A stretch of DNA of 27,027 bases, taken from contig JAEOSI010000003.1 of the NCBI GenBank assembly GCA_016840425.1, positions 1 to 27,027 of the forward strand, written 5' to 3'. This stretch comes from Candidatus Wukongarchaeum yapensis. GTDB taxonomy: Archaea > Asgardarchaeota > Wukongarchaeia > Wukongarchaeales > Wukongarchaeaceae. This document shows positions 19,129-25,132 of this stretch, in pieces. The notes below the pieces were generated by a model. That model worked only from the letters and a program-made list of their open reading frames with translations, was not told the DNA's origin and made no database searches. Each line of letters opens with the position of its first letter. Positions within the stretch are counted from its first letter, which is position 1. Made by a program: the position numbers and the translations under genes.

Positions 19129-19150
19129 AAAAGTAGGATAACCTTCCTAT
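19129..19150. promoter_or_regulatory. 22-bp operator-like site with degenerate left arm
   Basis: AAAAGTAGGATAACCTTCCTAT, about 48 bp upstream of TTTTATAA (19199-19206). Confidence 0.6.
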
Positions 19151-19279
19151 TGCTTTAGAAAGGATTTCCTACTTAACTTTAAATACGTAATTAGAAGCTT
19201 TTATAAGGGCGTGTAGAGACATTTTGGAATGTGATGGTTTTTATCATCACGACTTTAGGAGGAGGGAAGCGAATGACTA

Positions 19280-19477
19280 TTGGAAAGTTTTATTTCCTCA
19301 TGCCTTCAGGGAAGATTAGTTGACGTATACAGTGGAGATGGAGCTTGGTTCCACAGTGAAGTCTTCAGCTGTGTAGACGGAGTACTAAGTCTTAAAAGCG
19401 GTATCGCCTATATTAATGTTGCAGTAGAGAAGATCATAGGCATTTGGGGGACTTGTAAAGAAGAATACGAGAAATGA
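19280..19477 (+). CDS. Small beta-rich Sm/LSm-like protein (resembles the methanogen MM0924 family)
   Basis: MESFI..LQGRLVDVYSG...F..EV.SC.DGVL.L....V.VEKIIGIW pattern. AGGAGG at 19257-19262 and TATA at 19199-19206. Family assignment is from memory. Confidence 0.65.
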   Translation: MESFISSCLQGRLVDVYSGDGAWFHSEVFSCVDGVLSLKSGIAYINVAVEKIIGIWGTCKEEYEK

Positions 19478-19564
19478 GAATTGCCGAAGTAAAAGTAGGT
19501 CATGCTACTTGTTCTTAAGGAAATTCTGAAGATATTCGCTAGTAACAAAAAATAGAGATAATAT

Positions 19565-19635
19565 GTGGTGGATGGTTTCATTGAAAATTCACCTAACTGC
19601 CTGTCAAGACATCCATCACCCACCGCTGTTTTTTT
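19565..19635 (+). terminator. Stem-loop followed by a T-run
   Basis: GTGGTGGATG (19565-19574) pairs with CATCCATCAC (19610-19619), 10 bp including one G-U. T7 at 19629-19635. Confidence 0.4.
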
Positions 19636-19778
19636 GACTGTTAAGCTTTTAGGTCTTTTCGCCCTTTGTTCTTTGAGAAACGTTTTTTGAGGAAGCAGGT
19701 TTTGGAAGCTTTTTATAATATAAATAAGGATATCTGATGTTTCAAAGAAATTTTTGGTCTTTTGAACCATAGGTTTTT

Positions 19779-19800
19779 ATAGGTGGGATAACCTGCCTAT
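19779..19800. promoter_or_regulatory. 22-bp palindromic operator-like site
   Basis: ATAGGTGGGATAACCTGCCTAT upstream of the ABC-2 ATPase. Confidence 0.72.
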
Positions 19801-19974
19801 ATTCCTAGACAAATAGTAACATATCTAAAGTGCTTCTCTTTGAGTTTTGAATTTAAAAATCAAAAGCCAGAAATAGGAAAGGCAAAAAAAGAAAACTTTT
19901 GTTTTTTTATAAGAAGATTTTAGCAGATTTGCTTGGATAACTGGTTTGAAAAGTTTGAAGGGGTTTTGCCGTAA

Positions 19975-20979
19975 ATGATTAGTGATGTTAATAGTGTTAG
20001 TATTAGCGAAGGTGAGGAGGATAAGGAGGATGTGATTGTTAGTGTGGAGGGACTGGTTCACAAGTATGGAGATTTTACCGCTGTTGATGGGGTTTCTTTT
20101 ACTGTTAGGAGGGGGGAAGTTTTTAGCCTTTTAGGGCCTAATGGTGCCGGTAAAACCACCGCTATTAATGCTTTGATCGGGTTACTGAAACCTACAAGCG
20201 GCGAGATTTACTTGGATGGTATAAACGTCATTAAGAACCCGGAAAAGGTAAAGGGCAGCATAGGAATAGTTTTTCAAGAGACCATTTTGGATAGAGAAAT
20301 GACTGTTTGGGAGAGCATGGAGTTTCACGGCAAACTTTACAAGATACCCAAAGAGGAAAGGCATGAAAAGATATGGGAGCTACTTGAACTTGTTGAACTG
20401 AGTGAGAAGGTAGACGAGATAACGAGAAGGTTGAGCGGGGGCATGAAGAGAAGGCTTGAAATTGCTCGAGCTTTAATGACTGAGCCTACGATCTTGTTTT
20501 TAGATGAACCTACTTTGGGCCTTGATCCCCAGGGCAGAGTGCTTATTTGGGAACAGATTAGGAAGGTAAACGAGAGGGGCACAACAATGTTTCTAACAAC
20601 ACATTACATGGAAGAAGCTGATCGATTGGCAGACAGGGTTTTCATTATGGATCATGGTAAAATCCTTATTTCTGGAACTCCTGAAAGGCTAAAGGACAAG
20701 CTTGGGAAAGATGTTATCTTTCTTTATTTAGCGGAGAAAGAGAGGGCGAGGGAAGTTTTAGAGGGATTTGATTTTATCAATGAAATTGTTGAGTTTGATA
20801 AAGGATTAGAGATCGTGCTTAACGGTTCAGGGGTTCCTTTGGCGCCGAGGATTATGGAGACTTTGGATAGTTTGAAACCTAAGTTAGCTGTAGATGGCGT
20901 GAATATAAAGAGACCGTCGCTTGATGATGTTTTCCTGTATTTTACAGGCAGAAAAATTAGGGAAACTGACATATCCTGA
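19975..20979 (+). CDS. ABC exporter ATPase (DrrA/NodI-like)
   Basis: GPNGAGKTT, GIVFQE, LSGGMKRRLEIARAL, LFLDEPTLGLDP, LTTHYMEEAD.LADR and C-terminal PSLDDVFL..TG. Confidence 0.92.
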   Translation: MISDVNSVSISEGEEDKEDVIVSVEGLVHKYGDFTAVDGVSFTVRRGEVFSLLGPNGAGKTTAINALIGLLKPTSGEIYLDGINVIKNPEKVKGSIGIVFQETILDREMTVWESMEFHGKLYKIPKEERHEKIWELLELVELSEKVDEITRRLSGGMKRRLEIARALMTEPTILFLDEPTLGLDPQGRVLIWEQIRKVNERGTTMFLTTHYMEEADRLADRVFIMDHGKILISGTPERLKDKLGKDVIFLYLAEKERAREVLEGFDFINEIVEFDKGLEIVLNGSGVPLAPRIMETLDSLKPKLAVDGVNIKRPSLDDVFLYFTGRKIRETDIS

Positions 20980-21040
20980 CTTATTTTTGAGTTTTCAGTT
21001 GATTGAAAGATTTTTTGTCTCTTTAAAGGAGGTTTTTATT

Positions 21041-21871
21041 GTGCATGGGGCTTGGACAATTTTTTGGCGGGAAATGGTAAAATATAAGAGAAGAATGATG
21101 ACCCTTTTTGTAACGATTGTTCAGCCTGTTTTATGGATTTTATTATTTGGTGTTGCTTTAGGCTCTACTATTCCAGAAAAGGAAGGTAGCATTTCTTACG
21201 TGAACTTTCTTATTCCGGGGATCATTGGTTTAAGCATCCTTTTCAGTTCGTTGTTTGCAAGTTTTAACGTTTTGCTCGATAAAGAGTTTGGTCTTACGAA
21301 AGAGATTTTAATGAGTCCTACTTCGAGAAATCAGGCTATGGTAGGTTATAGTTTGAGCGGTTTGGCTAAAAGCTTGATACAGGCCTTTGCCGTACTATTA
21401 TTAGGCGTTTTTTTGATCGTATCCGGTAGTGAGAAACTCGTATTGTTTGGAGAAGGTGAGGGTTTTTTTGACACTTTTATATGGTTTTTAACATTTGTTC
21501 TTATAATCGTCATTTTTTCCTTTGGGTTCTTATTTATGGCTATGGCTATTGCGGCTAGGATGACTAGCCATGGGGCATTACAAGCCCTTACGACTATGCT
21601 GACTTTACCACTATTTTTTGCATCCGAAGCGTTGTACCCGTCGAGGGAGTTCCCGTTTTGGCTTGCAATAATCGCCAAGATAAACCCTTTAACCTATTGT
21701 GTTAGGGTTCTCCAGATCTCCCTTTTGGGCTATGATTTCAGGTATGGTGACAATCCTCCATTTCATTACGAGTTTGCCGACATCGTTACGGGATTTATTA
21801 TGGTAGGACTGTTTACTCTTATTATGTTTTATCTTGCAATAAAATCGTTCCAAAAAATAAAACTATTTTAG
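21041..21871 (+). CDS. ABC-2 type exporter permease (DrrB-like)
   Basis: IFWRE, QPVLWILLFG, YVNFLIPGI, D.EFG..KEIL.SP, FF.S.ALYP and INPLTY.V with multiple TM segments. GTG 21041 follows AAGGAGG; the track start is 20921. Confidence 0.92.
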   Translation: MHGAWTIFWREMVKYKRRMMTLFVTIVQPVLWILLFGVALGSTIPEKEGSISYVNFLIPGIIGLSILFSSLFASFNVLLDKEFGLTKEILMSPTSRNQAMVGYSLSGLAKSLIQAFAVLLLGVFLIVSGSEKLVLFGEGEGFFDTFIWFLTFVLIIVIFSFGFLFMAMAIAARMTSHGALQALTTMLTLPLFFASEALYPSREFPFWLAIIAKINPLTYCVRVLQISLLGYDFRYGDNPPFHYEFADIVTGFIMVGLFTLIMFYLAIKSFQKIKLF

Positions 21872-22000
21872 CAAAGATCGAAAACTATGAACTCTCCCAA
21901 TCCAACAGTAGAAATAGGTATAAGGGTTTAAGCGTTTTAAACTGTTTGGTTAATTTTAAGGCTTGAAGTTGAAGTTTTGTTTTTTGGTTGGTTTTTGGTT

Positions 22001-23044
22001 ATGGATGTTCTTTTTTTTACTGAGTGGAATGGTATAGCACATTTATTGTTTGTCGAGATGGCTATAATAGGGTTGGCTGTTTTTCTCGATCTTTTGTTCG
22101 GGGAGCCCCCTTTGAAGGTTCATCCTGTGGTCTGGATGGGTGCTTTGATTGATAAGCTAGGGAAGTTTTTCAGTACAAGTGTTCCTGAGAAGCAGAGGAT
22201 GAGGGGTGTGTTTCTTGCTTTAACGTGCATATTTTTTGTGGCAGTTCCTGTGTTTTTCTTGTCGATTCTTATGTGGCGGTATTTGGATATTTGGAGTTAT
22301 ATAGTGGTTTCTGCTTTTCTTTTGAAAGCTACTTTTGCTGTGAGGTGTTTGAGGGAGCATGTTTACACAGTGAGAGATTGTTTATATGAGGGGGATATTG
22401 AGGGGGCTCGGGGTATTCTTCCGGGGTTGGTGGGCCGTGATCCCAGTAAACTCGGTGAGAGGGAGATTATTAGTGCGACTATAGAGTCTACAGCGGAAAG
22501 TACTGTAGACAGTTTTACTTCTCCTATTTTTTATTATGTTCTTTTTGGGCTTTTGGGTGCTTATGTTTACCGTATGATAAATACTTTGGACAGCATGGTG
22601 GGGCACAAAACTGAGGAGTATGTTCGTTATGGGTGGTTTTCTGCTAAGATAGATGAGTTAGTAAATTACCTCCCTTCACGCATTACGTCGATTTTCATAG
22701 TTTTATCAGCGTTTTTAAGTGGGTATGATTGGCGTAAAAGTTGGGGAATATTGAGAAGAGATAGGTACAGTCTTGAGAGTAGGGTCGGGGGTTGGAGCAT
22801 GGCCCCTATGGCAGGAGCCCTTGGGGTGCAACTTGAAAAGCCGGAGTTTTACACCCTTGGTGATCCTAAAGAAGAGATGGCTGTTGAGCATATAACGCGA
22901 GCGTGGAGGGTTACTTTCGTGACAATAATATTGTTTTTCGTGATGGTGGTTCCTATAATCCTCCTATTAATGGACCTCTTTGACTTATATTTTTATACTC
23001 ATCTTTTTTCGCCATTATCTGATGAACCCTTATGGCTATTTTAA
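22001..23044 (+). CDS. cbiB: Adenosylcobinamide-phosphate synthase CbiB
   Basis: D.LFGEPP..HPVVWMG, LVGRDP, IES.AES.VD..TSPIFY, YRMINTLDSMVG, FSAKIDE..NY.PSR and MAGALGVQL.K..Y.LG. ATG 22001 is preferred over 21977. Confidence 0.94.
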   Translation: MDVLFFTEWNGIAHLLFVEMAIIGLAVFLDLLFGEPPLKVHPVVWMGALIDKLGKFFSTSVPEKQRMRGVFLALTCIFFVAVPVFFLSILMWRYLDIWSYIVVSAFLLKATFAVRCLREHVYTVRDCLYEGDIEGARGILPGLVGRDPSKLGEREIISATIESTAESTVDSFTSPIFYYVLFGLLGAYVYRMINTLDSMVGHKTEEYVRYGWFSAKIDELVNYLPSRITSIFIVLSAFLSGYDWRKSWGILRRDRYSLESRVGGWSMAPMAGALGVQLEKPEFYTLGDPKEEMAVEHITRAWRVTFVTIILFFVMVVPIILLLMDLFDLYFYTHLFSPLSDEPLWLF

Positions 23045-23052
23045 CGTTGTTT

Positions 23053-24612
23053 TCAACTTTCCATTTTCCTGGCTCTTTGGTGCATTTTTCTCCAGTATAT
23101 GTCTGAGCCAAAGTAGGCGGTTCCTGTGATGATTCCCGTAATTACGAGGGATAGGATGCTGTTATATAGGTCCTTTTCAAAGGGCGAAAGGATCAAAACA
23201 GATGAAACAACGCCTAGCATTACCGTGAGGGCTATTTGGAAGAAATTTGAACGGATTTGTTCATAGCTTTCAATGGCGCTGTCTAAAAGTTCTAGTTTAT
23301 CCATGATTGATTGAAACATGTTATTGATTAGCATTGTTTCTTTTCCGTGTTCAAGACGGAGATGCGTCATTCTGTGTCCAACTATTTTGATGGTGTAAAA
23401 CTCGTCAAGAGCTTGCCCCATGAACTCTTTTAAGACCATTATTTCGCCTGAACCCATGTCTGCGATGTTCTTTCTGGTGAGGAAAAAATCGAGAAACCTG
23501 AGCAAAAATCGTTGCATTTGCAAGAGTTCAAGAGCGGAGAAGCCTGGGATTATTTCCAGTAAGGTTTCATATTCAACGCTGGTTCCGTTTTCTTTTGCTT
23601 TTTCGGCGAGAATTTCTTGGGATTTTTTGGATAAAAGTAGGATCGTGGAACCTATGGTGCTGAGATATGCTATGTCTGATCTTTCGCTTATGTTTGGACG
23701 TAGAAGGTCCTCAGTGATATCGTCATTTATTACGTCATATTCGACGTCTTTCATATGGGCCATGATTTGATAGAACTGTTTCGGGTGGCTATCAACTATT
23801 TCTATGGCGTTTTCCTTGTCTTCTACTTCTGTTAAAACTACGACGTAGGGATATATAATATAAGGTTCGTAACGGAGGCTTTCTGAAAGTTTTTCGCTTG
23901 ATGAAAAGCGCGATTTGTTGACCCGATTAATTACGGATGAAACGTAGTACCAAACGAGTTCTGAAAAGCTTTTATTCTTCATATTTATCGATTTTTTACC
24001 CTTTTCTTTCATAGCTTCAACGACTTTCGTGAGCTCTTTGTTCAAATTGGAGTACTCTTCAATAAGTTGTATCGGGGCCTTTATGTTGAGGGTTTCTTCC
24101 TCGACTGAGGGTATGATTTGGAGCTCTGCCAGTTTTCTAGAGGTTACTGGTTCTTCAATATCCATCCAAAAGCTTAGCACTACTGCTCCATACCTGTTTA
24201 ATGTAACGTAGACATCTACATCTGCGTAGTTCTCAAAGCCAAGAACCAGAATTTTTATCCCTTGAAGGCGGAGGCGTGCGTATTGACCGCTTTCGAAATA
24301 TTCCTCATCTAAGTACAAGAAATCTGACTTCTGAAAAGCTTCAAGGTGTTCATAGGTGTCATCTTTGATTTCTTGGCTTTCTCCTCCTTCTTGAATACCT
24401 TTTATTTGGATTTCTCCAACTCCCTCGTCCCTTCTCTCTGGCGGCAAGTATGAGAGCAGTCCACGACATATAGGCGAATCATACAAGTTTTTTGCCGCCG
24501 GTTTTATGTCTTCAATTGAAGAACCTAAGTCGAACGTTACTTGCCATATGATTTTGGATCTTGAGAAAACAAGTTTATCTTCCCCTTGATTAGAATTAGG
24601 AAAAGAAGCCAA
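23053..24612 (-). CDS. CorA-like architecture membrane protein (large soluble domain, long helix, two C-terminal TMs) without GMN motif
   Basis: 519 aa. The hydrophobic segments FFQIALTVMLGVVSSVLILSPF and SILSLVITGIITGTAYFG follow a heptad-like helix. TTG start after AAGGAAGG. Confidence 0.6.
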   Translation of the reverse strand: MASFPNSNQGEDKLVFSRSKIIWQVTFDLGSSIEDIKPAAKNLYDSPICRGLLSYLPPERRDEGVGEIQIKGIQEGGESQEIKDDTYEHLEAFQKSDFLYLDEEYFESGQYARLRLQGIKILVLGFENYADVDVYVTLNRYGAVVLSFWMDIEEPVTSRKLAELQIIPSVEEETLNIKAPIQLIEEYSNLNKELTKVVEAMKEKGKKSINMKNKSFSELVWYYVSSVINRVNKSRFSSSEKLSESLRYEPYIIYPYVVVLTEVEDKENAIEIVDSHPKQFYQIMAHMKDVEYDVINDDITEDLLRPNISERSDIAYLSTIGSTILLLSKKSQEILAEKAKENGTSVEYETLLEIIPGFSALELLQMQRFLLRFLDFFLTRKNIADMGSGEIMVLKEFMGQALDEFYTIKIVGHRMTHLRLEHGKETMLINNMFQSIMDKLELLDSAIESYEQIRSNFFQIALTVMLGVVSSVLILSPFEKDLYNSILSLVITGIITGTAYFGSDIYWRKMHQRARKMES

Positions 24613-24659
24613 TTTTGAGACCTTCCTTTTGAGGCTGGATTTTTAATCATGATTTTGCC

Positions 24660-24800
24660 TTATTCTTCATCTTCTTCTAGAGCCGAAATAAGATCGTCAA
24701 CTAGGTCTTTATCCGCCTTCTTTTTTCCTGCCTTCAACCCGCCCTTTGCTTGCACGACTGATCTTTTTTTAGGTTTTTCTTCTTTTGATGATGGCGTCAT
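24660..24800 (-). CDS. 46-aa small charged protein (not in ORF track)
   Basis: MTPSSKEEKPKKRSVVQAKGGLKAGKKKADKDLVDDLISALEEDEE*. GGAG lies upstream, and the ORF ends 47 bp before the 519-aa gene on the same strand. Confidence 0.6.
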   Translation of the reverse strand: MTPSSKEEKPKKRSVVQAKGGLKAGKKKADKDLVDDLISALEEDEE

Positions 24801-25132
24801 AATTGCTACAACTCCTATATTTAATCAGTTAGCATACATTTTTGGTTTTGTTTCCGTATACTATAATGTGTATAAGGTTATTTCAACATGACGGCTTTTT
24901 CTCGTTCAAATTGGAATCCTCTTTTTGTACTTTTAGTTCTCATGCTTTTTCGGCGGCTTTTTGGGCAATTTGAGTCTACGAAAAAGAATAGTTAACTGAT
25001 AAGTATATACAATTTGGATACGTGATAATGAAGTTAGATAAGGTTTTAACTTATTATTTCAATATATATTATGGAGTTATATCGAAAAAACTGTCTTGGT
25101 GTAGACTAAAACAAATTTTGGGAGGATTTTAA

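Noticed and set aside
19408-20061. Minus-strand ORFs of 120 aa and 78 aa
   Set aside because: They overlap genuine genes and regulatory DNA, have low-complexity K/F/L composition and show no motifs.
24868-24975. Minus-strand coding-like remnant (IAQKAAEKA*ELKVQKED...) and a 21-aa ORF
   Set aside because: They are too short and interrupted to support a gene or pseudogene call.
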